Below are positions 52,886 through 61,219 of a stretch of 64,000 nt of DNA, piece by piece. How positions within the stretch are numbered: position 1 is the first letter of the stretch; each line of letters begins with the position of its first letter. The notes beneath the pieces were generated by a model. The model was given only the letters and a program-made list of their open reading frames with translations. It did not search any database and was not told where the DNA came from. The stretch is from Eubacteriales bacterium. Its GTDB lineage: Bacteria; Bacillota; Clostridia; Oscillospirales; JAAYXM01. The stretch is from positions 13,452-77,451 of the forward strand of contig JAZSOS010000043.1 in assembly GCA_045537045.1 (NCBI GenBank). The letters are read 5' to 3'. Made by a program: the position numbers and the translations under genes.

Positions 52886-53932
52886 ATGGTTAGGCGCGTC
52901 ACGGATAAAGACAGATTAATATATACCGAGTTTCTCGAAAAAAACGAAAACTGCCACTTTATGCAGTCGCTTTCATGGGCGGATTTTAAAAAGGCACAGA
53001 AGAGCCATGCACTTATGTCGCTTGATGAGCTTGGCAATGTGCGCGGCGTAATGCTTATGTTTGAGCAAAAGGTGCGCAGAACAAACAAAATGCATCTTTA
53101 CTGTCCTCGCGGCCCTGTGTGTGACAGAAATGACACAACTGCGCTTTCAGAGCTTCTCGGTGAAGCAGAAAAGCTCGCAAAAGAAATTGGTGCGTATAAG
53201 CTGACGCTTGACCCCGATATTACCGAAACGGATACAACGTGGCTCACATTCTTTAAAAAGCTCGGTGCACGGACAGGGGATAACGCGCGTGATAACGCGA
53301 TTCTCCAGCCGTTTGCAGTGTATAGAATCAATGTTGATAAATCTGATGACGAGCTTATGACATCGTACCACTCCAAGGCACGTTACAGCGTCCGCGCGTC
53401 AATCAAAAGCGGCGCAACCTGCCGCCTCGGCACACGTGAGGATATCCCGACTTTCCGTGCACTTCTTGCAGAAACTGCAAAGCGAGATGGATTTACAGCG
53501 CGCGGTGATGATTATTTCTGTGATATGTATGATGCTTTGGGTGATGATGCCGTAAAGCTGTTTATGATTGAGTACGAAAATGAACCGGTTGCGGCATCTG
53601 TGCTTGTCCGTTGCGGAAAAAAAACTTGGCATATGTATGCCGGAAGTAATGATAAGCATAAAGAAACCCTACCGAATTTCCTTATGCAGTGGGAAATGAT
53701 GCGCTGGTCGCGTGATAACGGTGCGCCGCTTTATGATATGCGCGGCATCGCCGGTGAGGGGGATAAGCTCTCTCCGATAGAAGGTCTCGTGCGTTTTAAA
53801 AAGCGTTTCGGCGGCGAGCTTGTTTCATTTGTTGGGCGTATTGATATCGTGTATGACCGCAAGGCGGATATTTACGTGAACACGGCAAAAAGCACCGCTG
53901 CTTTGATAAGAAGATTAACGGGAAGGAAATAG
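52886..53932 (+). CDS. FemAB-family peptidoglycan interpeptide-bridge aminoacyltransferase
   Basis: FMQSLSWADFK..., YCPRGPV, LYDMRGI, RFKKRFGG motifs; ATG 52886 preferred to track 52856. Confidence 0.8.
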   Translation: MVRRVTDKDRLIYTEFLEKNENCHFMQSLSWADFKKAQKSHALMSLDELGNVRGVMLMFEQKVRRTNKMHLYCPRGPVCDRNDTTALSELLGEAEKLAKEIGAYKLTLDPDITETDTTWLTFFKKLGARTGDNARDNAILQPFAVYRINVDKSDDELMTSYHSKARYSVRASIKSGATCRLGTREDIPTFRALLAETAKRDGFTARGDDYFCDMYDALGDDAVKLFMIEYENEPVAASVLVRCGKKTWHMYAGSNDKHKETLPNFLMQWEMMRWSRDNGAPLYDMRGIAGEGDKLSPIEGLVRFKKRFGGELVSFVGRIDIVYDRKADIYVNTAKSTAALIRRLTGRK

Positions 53933-53936
53933 AGAT

Positions 53937-55016
53937 ATGATAGTATATGTAACAGACGAAAAGACGGCTTCGCAGTACGAAGCCTTTGTGTCCTCGCATC
54001 CGAAGGGACATTTTGTAAAATCGCTTAAGTGGGCAGAGTTTAAAAAGCCGTGGAAATACGATGCTTTTATGTCAGTTGATGATGACGGCAACGTCCGTGG
54101 CAGTATGCTTATAATGACAAGCCGTGTCCCGAAAACAAAGTATACGCATATGTATTGTCCCCGAGGTCCTGTTACGGATAATAATGACAGCGCAACGCTT
54201 CTTGAGCTTCTTGCCGAAAGCCGTAGGCTCGGCGATAAGTATAACGCTTATGAACTCTCGATTGACCCCGATATCCTTGATGATGACCCGTATCTTCCGG
54301 AGCTTCTGGATGCAGGGTTTGTGATAAATAACACAAAGCACCGCCCGGAATATCTTCAGGCGCGTTACGTTTTTCGCCTTCCTATAAACGGACGCAATGA
54401 GGAAGAAATCTTCAATGCATTCCATTCAAAAACGCGCTACAACGTGCGTCTTTCAGTGAAAAAAGGTGTTACAAGCAGAATAGGAACAAAGGAAGATTTA
54501 CCTGCATTTGTTGAGATAATGAAAGAAACCGCCGCACGCGACGGCTTTATCGGCAGAGGCCTTAAGTATTTTGAGGATATGTACGATGCTCTTGCACCTG
54601 ATAATCTTCGCCTGTATCTTATGGAGTATGAAGGTCAGCTTCTCTCCGGGGCCATTGCCATTCTTTACGGTGATAAGGTGTGGTATCTCTACGGTGCAAG
54701 CAGTAACCGCGAGCGCAACCGTATGCCTAACTATATGATGCAGTGGGAAATGATAAAGTGGACGCTTGAAAACAACTGTAATATATACGATTTCCGTGGC
54801 ATAACAGGGGATATGGAAAAAACACAGCTTGACGGACTTATCCGATTCAAGGCGGGCTTCGCAGGGGAGAGGTGTGACTTCGTCGGAAAGCTTGATATGC
54901 TCTTTAAACCGAAAACCGCGAAAGTCATTGAGAGCGCTCAGTCCAACTACCGCGCAATCATCCGCAAAATCGGCGTTATGCGCGAGCGCATTGACCAGAA
55001 ATTAAGTAAAAAGTAA
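53937..55016 (+). CDS. FemAB-family aminoacyltransferase, tandem paralog
   Basis: Same motif set (YCPRGPV, IYDFRGI, RFKAGFAG). Confidence 0.8.
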   Translation: MIVYVTDEKTASQYEAFVSSHPKGHFVKSLKWAEFKKPWKYDAFMSVDDDGNVRGSMLIMTSRVPKTKYTHMYCPRGPVTDNNDSATLLELLAESRRLGDKYNAYELSIDPDILDDDPYLPELLDAGFVINNTKHRPEYLQARYVFRLPINGRNEEEIFNAFHSKTRYNVRLSVKKGVTSRIGTKEDLPAFVEIMKETAARDGFIGRGLKYFEDMYDALAPDNLRLYLMEYEGQLLSGAIAILYGDKVWYLYGASSNRERNRMPNYMMQWEMIKWTLENNCNIYDFRGITGDMEKTQLDGLIRFKAGFAGERCDFVGKLDMLFKPKTAKVIESAQSNYRAIIRKIGVMRERIDQKLSKK

Positions 55017-55023
55017 AAACTAT

Positions 55024-55053
55024 AAGCCGGGACGATATTTTTAGTCCCGGCTT
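55024..55053. terminator. Bidirectional hairpin terminator
   Basis: AAGCCGGGAC / GTCCCGGCTT. Confidence 0.65.
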
Positions 55054-55068
55054 CAGCTTTGTTTATAT

Positions 55069-55284
55069 TCACTTGTCCAATGAAAAATCCGCTTCGCAAA
55101 AAGTGTTTTCGCGAAGGAGTGTATCCTCAGGCGGAATCCGTTTTGTTGCATCATAAGAAAAACGGCGGCACTTATATCCAAGCGACACAACACCGTGGTA
55201 TTTGCAGATAGCCTCGTTATCATTTATTTTCTTTCCGTGGCGGCATACAACACAGCACCGTTCGATATCTTTAGAAAAAAGCAT
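55069..55284 (-). CDS. Hypothetical Cys-rich small protein (71 aa)
   Basis: CCVVC...CKYH...C pattern. Confidence 0.4.
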   Translation of the reverse strand: MLFSKDIERCCVVCRHGKKINDNEAICKYHGVVSLGYKCRRFSYDATKRIPPEDTLLRENTFCEADFSLDK

Positions 55285-55305
55285 AAAAACCCCATCCTCG
55301 TATGT

Positions 55306-55325
55306 TATATATATATATATATATA
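55306..55325. repeat. (TA)10 dinucleotide microsatellite
   Basis: Direct reading. Confidence 0.9.
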
Positions 55326-55338
55326 ATATACACCATAA

Positions 55339-56448
55339 TCAGATTTTTTTCCACCCTTTTTTGCAAAAAAAGTAAAATAAACATAAAATTATCAGAATAA
55401 TCCCGCGTGGGAACACCTCACTGTATGCATCGGAATAATCGGAAAACACCGAAACGGCAGAAATATCCGAAAATCGTGTGTATATGTACGCTAAAAGACC
55501 GGAAAGCGCTCCGTGCATAATTTTTCCGCAAAAATAGTTTTTCACACTTAAATCCGTGTCCGAAATAAAGCTCAGTGCCTGTGCGTGCACGGAAAGTCCG
55601 CCCCAGCCAAGAAGAGCAGAAATCAGAACAAATGCTGTTGAAGGAGATGCGCAACGAGAAAGCGAAAAAGAACCCACTGTCATTTCAAAAATACCCGAGG
55701 TAAAGGCTGTCGCGATTTCCCGACTGCATCCGAAAAGCTTTTCTGCCAGACTCCCAATAAAAGGGAATATGCCGAGTATCGTCATCATCCTTACCAGTGC
55801 TGAAAATAACACTACATACGCACTTATGGAAAGAGAAGATGAAAGCGCTTTTGCAACGGCAGTTGTAAGCGCTTTTGCAACACACGGCGTATTGCGGGTA
55901 AGGCTTTGCGAAAAAGCTGCTTCTGTGCTCGCCGGCGGATAAAAAAAGCGGAAAAGAACTCCGACAGAAAGAGCGGATAAAACATGGATAATGAGTAGTA
56001 CCGTTCCTGTTTTTCCGGATGAAAAGACGCCGCTTCCGATTGCCCCGAGAATAAACGCAGGACCGCAGTTGTTGCAGAAGGCAAGCGCACGCTCTGCATC
56101 CTCTTTTGTACACAGTTTTTGCGAATACGTTTCCGCACACGTTATCGCACCTACGGGATATCCGCCGATGAGTCCGAGCGCAAGGGCGGGAGAAAGAAAA
56201 GCAGATATGCCAAACAGCGGTTTTGTTATTTTCCGCAGATACTTTTCGCAAAAGGTGCCGATGTCAAGTGAAATTAAAAGGTTGGATATGACAAAAAACG
56301 GAAACAGAGCGGGAATAACGGAGTCGGCGCAAAGAAAAAGCGCGTCTTTCACGGAAACTGCGACCTCGGCAGGGTGTCTAACGATAACTCCGCCAAAGAG
56401 AAAAAGGAGAAAAAAAGCTATAAAAGAGCTGATGTTTTTTCTTCTCAA
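55339..56448 (-). CDS. Polytopic membrane protein, YlbJ-like (sporulation integral membrane / nucleoside-recognition-domain type)
   Basis: 369 aa, about 10 TM helices; resemblance from memory only. Confidence 0.5.
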   Translation of the reverse strand: MRRKNISSFIAFFLLFLFGGVIVRHPAEVAVSVKDALFLCADSVIPALFPFFVISNLLISLDIGTFCEKYLRKITKPLFGISAFLSPALALGLIGGYPVGAITCAETYSQKLCTKEDAERALAFCNNCGPAFILGAIGSGVFSSGKTGTVLLIIHVLSALSVGVLFRFFYPPASTEAAFSQSLTRNTPCVAKALTTAVAKALSSSLSISAYVVLFSALVRMMTILGIFPFIGSLAEKLFGCSREIATAFTSGIFEMTVGSFSLSRCASPSTAFVLISALLGWGGLSVHAQALSFISDTDLSVKNYFCGKIMHGALSGLLAYIYTRFSDISAVSVFSDYSDAYSEVFPRGIILIILCLFYFFCKKGWKKI

Positions 56449-56556
56449 ATAAAAAACCTCCTTAAATTTTTAAAAAAAGTGTTTTTGGGTATTTAAATTC
56501 AACATATTTCGTGGTATACTATTATAGAGTATTATTTATTAAAATGGGGAGAACTC

Positions 56557-57324
56557 ATGAACAATAACAAATTTAAGAAGTTTGAAGAATCGGATAACTA
56601 CATAATTGAAGGCCGTAATTCCGTCTTTGAAGCGTTGCGTACGGGAAGAGCTGTGGATAAAATACTTTATTCCGAAGGAGATAAAAATATAAGTCACATC
56701 CTTGCCGCGGCAAAGCAGGCAGGCGTTGTTGTCAGCAAGTGTGACAGAAGAAAGCTTGATTCATTAAGCCGCAGCGGCGCGCATCAGGGCGTTATGGCTT
56801 TTGCCGCCGCGCACGAATACAGCACGGTAGAGGATATCTTAAAGTATGCCGAAAGTACAGGCAGACCGCCGCTCGTTGTGGTGTGTGATGAAATTTCCGA
56901 TCCGCATAATCTCGGCGCGATAATAAGAAGCGCAGAAGCGGCTGGTGCACACGGCGTTATCATACCCAAGCGCAGAAACGCAGGGCTTACGGCTGTTGTG
57001 GCTAAGGTTTCCTCCGGTGCGCTTGAGCATATTCCGGTTGCAAGGGTGTCCAATATCCCGACCACACTGACCGAGCTTAAAAAGCGCGGTCTCTGGGTGT
57101 ACGGCACGGGACTCGGCACTGCTGCCGATATATATAAAACCGATCTTCGCGGTCCTGCGGTTATTGTAATCGGCTCCGAAGGAGATGGTATGGGCCGTCT
57201 TGTTACGGAATGCTGTGACGTTGTGATGAACATTCCCATGCTCGGTAAAACCCAGTCATTAAATGCATCCGCCGCAGCGGCAGTGGTTCTTTTTGAAACT
57301 GTAAGACAAAGACTTGAAAAATAA
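56557..57324 (+). CDS. rlmB: TrmH-family 23S rRNA 2'-O-methyltransferase (RlmB-like)
   Basis: SpoU N-terminal substrate-binding domain plus DPHNLGAIIRSA, GSEGDGM, SLNASAAAAV motifs. Confidence 0.85.
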   Translation: MNNNKFKKFEESDNYIIEGRNSVFEALRTGRAVDKILYSEGDKNISHILAAAKQAGVVVSKCDRRKLDSLSRSGAHQGVMAFAAAHEYSTVEDILKYAESTGRPPLVVVCDEISDPHNLGAIIRSAEAAGAHGVIIPKRRNAGLTAVVAKVSSGALEHIPVARVSNIPTTLTELKKRGLWVYGTGLGTAADIYKTDLRGPAVIVIGSEGDGMGRLVTECCDVVMNIPMLGKTQSLNASAAAAVVLFETVRQRLEK

Positions 57325-57353
57325 GAAGACACTATAATAAATAAGGAGGTGTT

Positions 57354-59513
57354 GTGCCGGTGGACGATAAAATAAAATTTGATGAAACAGTCTCCGATAT
57401 GTCCGTTCAGGATATTCTTGACGAAATAAATGCAGAAAACATATACGGCGACGACACCTTGAGTGTGGATGAAATTCTCGCCGAGTTTTCTGACGGCACA
57501 AAAAGACCGCCCGAAGTGTCCAAAATTCACGATGAAAAGCCGGTAAAGCAGAATAAAAGAAGCCTGAAAAAGATGATTCAGGCAGAAGGTCAGATTTCCT
57601 TTGACAGTAAGGACTGGAAGGAAATTGAAAAAGAGCTGGAAGAGCAGGCAGAAAAGGAGATTCTGGCGGAACAGAAAAGCCGACCGAAGATGATAGATAC
57701 CGTGGTGCGTCCGTGGGAAAACGGCGTTTACGGTGATATGTCGCTTGAGGATACACTGGAAAAAGTGCCAAAGAAGAAAAAACGTTCGTCAACCACCTTT
57801 GCAGAAACGTTTGATACGTTTACCCGAAGTGAGCTTTTCGAGGATAAAAACAAAGAAACAGAGCTTGAAACGCGTTCGGTTGAAGAGATAATAAAGGAAA
57901 ATACCAAGCTTTCAAAGCTTCTGGCACTGCGTTCTGTTGTGCTTCTTATCCTGAGCGTGCTTTCGTGCTATCTTGCTTTTTCCGAGCCGCTCGGCTGGTT
58001 CCTTCCGGGAATCCTTTCGTATATGAAGCATCCGTTTCGCTATCTGTTCCTTACTGCATTTTTCCAGATATGCGCGATGCTTTTGTCAGTTGACGTGCTT
58101 TCGCGCGGTATGGCGCGGCTTTTCAGACTTAAACCTGATGCAGAGTCGGCGATTACGTTTTCATCGTTTACATCTCTCGCGCACGTTATATCCATTATGG
58201 CTGCACCTCGTTGGGGTGGATGGCTTCCATACAGCTGTATAACGGTTGTCGGGCTGTTCTTTGCGATATACGGAAAGTGGATAAACGCCCGTGCTCTGTG
58301 CAGAGTAGGGAAAACCGTAAAATCTGCAAAGCGCCCGGGAGCAGTTCGCGTTGAAAATATTTACGGTGAAATGCATATAATCAAGCAGACAACCGAGGAT
58401 ACAAAGTCGTTTGTATCTCATATCAGTGATAAGGATGCCTCCTGCACGTTCTGGAGATTTCTGTCTCCCGTAGTCATTGTTTCTTCAATCGTGTTTGCGT
58501 TTGTTTCATCCGTCGGCACCGGGAATGCAAAGAACTTCTTCTGGACTCTTGCCGGAATATCTTCGGTTTCAACTCCGTTTTTCACCATGCTTTCGTTCTC
58601 GTTCCCGTTTTCCGTTACGGCAAAAAATCTTGCGTCTGTCGGTGCGGCGATATCGGGATGGTTTTCTGCAAGCAACCTTGCAAAGAAAGCAAACCTTGTC
58701 GTTTGCGATGATGATATTTTCCCGAAAGGAACGGTTGTTCTTCACGGATTAAAAGTTTTGGGCAAATACTCTCTTGAGCAGACTGTGTGTTATGCCGCAA
58801 GCGTTATTGCAGAGACCGGATGCGGACTTTGCGATGTTTTCTCCGACCTTTTAAAAAGCCGCTACGGTACGGCAACAAAGGTTACTAACCTGCGTTACCG
58901 TGAATCGGGCGGAATTGAGGCTGAAATCTCAGGAGATTCCGTGCTTGTTGGCAGTGCAGGATTTATGCTTCGCTCCGGTGTGCGTTTAGGCTCCGGAACG
59001 GGTGCAAAAAACGCTGTGTTTATTGCGGTAAATAAAGCACCTGCAGGAGTTTTCAACATAAATTATAAGGGGAATGCTGATGTAGAGAGAGCTTTGCATA
59101 TGCTTGTAAAAAAGAAAGTCCCCGTTATTCTGGCGGCTCGCGATTTCAACCTGCTTCCTATGATGGTTGAGCAGACCTTTGGTTTGCGTGACGGTACGCT
59201 TGAATACCCAGAAATAGAACAGCGCCTTGACCTATCCGAAAAAGAGCAGTTTGTATCAAGCGATACGGCAGCGATCATCACACGCGGCGGGCTGTATCCG
59301 TTATCAGCGGCAGTGCTGTCCGCTAAGAAGCTTCGCCGTGCAACTATCAGGAATATATTCCTCACGGCATCCTGTGCAATTATCGGTATGCTTCTGATGT
59401 TCTATCTTATGTTTATTCAAAAACCCATTCTGGTAACACCTCAGACCGTATTTATTTATCTTCTTCTGTGGTGTATACCGACGTATATGCTTTCACTGCG
59501 AGTAAAGCAATAA
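57354..59513 (+). CDS. Degenerate P-type-ATPase-like membrane protein (catalytic motifs lost)
   Basis: 719 aa; alignable by eye to P1B ATPases (VLVGSAGFML, AVFIAVNKAPAGVF, LRRATIRNIF) but DKTGT is DDDIF, TGDN is ARDF, no CPC, no GDGxND. Confidence 0.6.
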   Translation: MPVDDKIKFDETVSDMSVQDILDEINAENIYGDDTLSVDEILAEFSDGTKRPPEVSKIHDEKPVKQNKRSLKKMIQAEGQISFDSKDWKEIEKELEEQAEKEILAEQKSRPKMIDTVVRPWENGVYGDMSLEDTLEKVPKKKKRSSTTFAETFDTFTRSELFEDKNKETELETRSVEEIIKENTKLSKLLALRSVVLLILSVLSCYLAFSEPLGWFLPGILSYMKHPFRYLFLTAFFQICAMLLSVDVLSRGMARLFRLKPDAESAITFSSFTSLAHVISIMAAPRWGGWLPYSCITVVGLFFAIYGKWINARALCRVGKTVKSAKRPGAVRVENIYGEMHIIKQTTEDTKSFVSHISDKDASCTFWRFLSPVVIVSSIVFAFVSSVGTGNAKNFFWTLAGISSVSTPFFTMLSFSFPFSVTAKNLASVGAAISGWFSASNLAKKANLVVCDDDIFPKGTVVLHGLKVLGKYSLEQTVCYAASVIAETGCGLCDVFSDLLKSRYGTATKVTNLRYRESGGIEAEISGDSVLVGSAGFMLRSGVRLGSGTGAKNAVFIAVNKAPAGVFNINYKGNADVERALHMLVKKKVPVILAARDFNLLPMMVEQTFGLRDGTLEYPEIEQRLDLSEKEQFVSSDTAAIITRGGLYPLSAAVLSAKKLRRATIRNIFLTASCAIIGMLLMFYLMFIQKPILVTPQTVFIYLLLWCIPTYMLSLRVKQ

Positions 59514-59544
59514 AACTTGACAGTTATTAAAGAGGGAGAATGAA

Positions 59545-60435
59545 ATGGATATAAAAAAATCGGGAATGGTTGCCATAGTCGGCAGACCCAATGTCGGTAA
59601 ATCAACGCTTATCAACGCGCTTGCAGGAGAGAAAATTGCAATAGTTTCGGATAAGCCGCAAACCACAAGAAACCGTATATGCGGAATCATAAATCGAAAT
59701 GGCACCCAGTATGTTTTTATGGACACACCGGGAATCCACACACCTAAAAGCCATCTCGGCGAATATATGGTGAAGGTCGCCGGGGATGCGATGAGTGATG
59801 TCGATGCAGTTGTTATGATGGTTGCCCCCGTTGCGAAGATTGGTGCTGCCGAGGAAGAGATTATTGCAAGAATAAGCCAGAGCAAGGTTCCTGCAATCCT
59901 TCTTATAAACAAAATAGATACCGTTGAGAAGCAAGATATTTTCCCTGTTATCGAAGCGTACAGCGCAAAGTACGATTTTGATGCCATAATCCCCGTTTCA
60001 GCATTTAAGGGTGACGGTCTTGATTTTATATATGACGAGCTTGATAAATTTATCCCCGAGGGGGATGCACTTTTCCCCGAGGATATGGTTTCTGACCAGC
60101 CTGAAAAACAGATGGTTGCCGAAATAATCCGTGAAAAGCTTCTCCGGCTTCTAAATCACGAGATCCCACACGGAACTGCGGTTGAAATAACGCGCTTTAC
60201 TGAGCGTGACAATGGAATAATAGATGTTGTTGCAACCATATACTGTGAGCGTGAAAGCCATAAGGGAATAATAATTGGTAAGCGCGGTGCAATGCTCAAA
60301 AAGATTGGTGAGCGTGCAAGGAGCGATATCGAAAGGTTTATGGGAACAAAGGTTTATCTTGAAACATGGGTAAAAGTCAAGGAAAACTGGCGTGATAACG
60401 ATGTTCTGATTAAGAACTTCGGATACGAAATGTAA
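59545..60435 (+). CDS. era: GTPase Era
   Basis: GRPNVGKST, DTPG, NKID motifs plus KH domain. Confidence 0.95.
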   Translation: MDIKKSGMVAIVGRPNVGKSTLINALAGEKIAIVSDKPQTTRNRICGIINRNGTQYVFMDTPGIHTPKSHLGEYMVKVAGDAMSDVDAVVMMVAPVAKIGAAEEEIIARISQSKVPAILLINKIDTVEKQDIFPVIEAYSAKYDFDAIIPVSAFKGDGLDFIYDELDKFIPEGDALFPEDMVSDQPEKQMVAEIIREKLLRLLNHEIPHGTAVEITRFTERDNGIIDVVATIYCERESHKGIIIGKRGAMLKKIGERARSDIERFMGTKVYLETWVKVKENWRDNDVLIKNFGYEM

Positions 60436-60457
60436 GTGAAGTACATCTGCTTTACAG

Positions 60458-61201
60458 GTGGTGAAAGCTTTGCAGGTGGTAGATAAAGGACTTATTTTGA
60501 GAGAAACGCCGTATAAAGAGGCTGATGTTATGCTCAGCGTGCTTACCGAGTGTGGCGGAAAGCTTCCTGTGCTTGCCCGCGGGGCTAAGAGAAAGGGAAG
60601 CCGCGTTTCTGCGGGGATTCAGCTTCTTACGTATTCCGAGCTTACTCTTTACGAAAGCGGCGGACGTTACACTCTTAATGATGCAGATCCGATAGAAATG
60701 TTTTTCGGTGTCCGCGGGGATATAGTAAAGCTCGCGCTCGGCTCATATTTTGCCGAGGTACTTGAGCTTGCGGCAGAATCCGAAAGCATAAACCCCGAGC
60801 TTTTGCGTTTGGGGCTAAATTCTCTTTATGCGCTTGCAAAGACCGACATTCCGCATGAAAAGATAAAAGCGGTGTTCGAGCTTAAAGTCGCATCGCTTTC
60901 GGGATATACGCCGAATGTCTTGGCATGCGGCTGCTGCGGAAGCGTTGATGATCTTGCATATTTTGATGTTGAAAACGGAACTGTTCTGTGTTCTGCCTGC
61001 AACGGAGGATTTCTAAAAAAGATAGATGCAAGCGTTGTTGATGCAATGCGATTTATTTTGAGTGAAGATATAAAGCGGATTTTCTCTTTTTCGATAAACG
61101 ATTCATCAATGAAGCTTCTCGCCGGTGTGTGCGATGAATATCTCAGCGTGCATTTTGACAGAAAGTTTAAAACGAATATATTCTATAAAGGTTTAATATA
61201 A
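60458..61201 (+). CDS. recO: DNA repair protein RecO
   Basis: 247 aa; OB-fold N-terminus, CxxC...CxxC zinc motif; follows era as in many Firmicutes; start codon uncertain. Confidence 0.85.
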   Translation: MVKALQVVDKGLILRETPYKEADVMLSVLTECGGKLPVLARGAKRKGSRVSAGIQLLTYSELTLYESGGRYTLNDADPIEMFFGVRGDIVKLALGSYFAEVLELAAESESINPELLRLGLNSLYALAKTDIPHEKIKAVFELKVASLSGYTPNVLACGCCGSVDDLAYFDVENGTVLCSACNGGFLKKIDASVVDAMRFILSEDIKRIFSFSINDSSMKLLAGVCDEYLSVHFDRKFKTNIFYKGLI

Positions 61202-61219
61202 TACTTGTTTGGAGTTTTT

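Noticed and set aside
55300-55330. TA-rich run as a CRISPR or other interspaced repeat
   Set aside because: It is a simple dinucleotide microsatellite with no spacers. No CRISPR array or cas gene occurs anywhere in the window.
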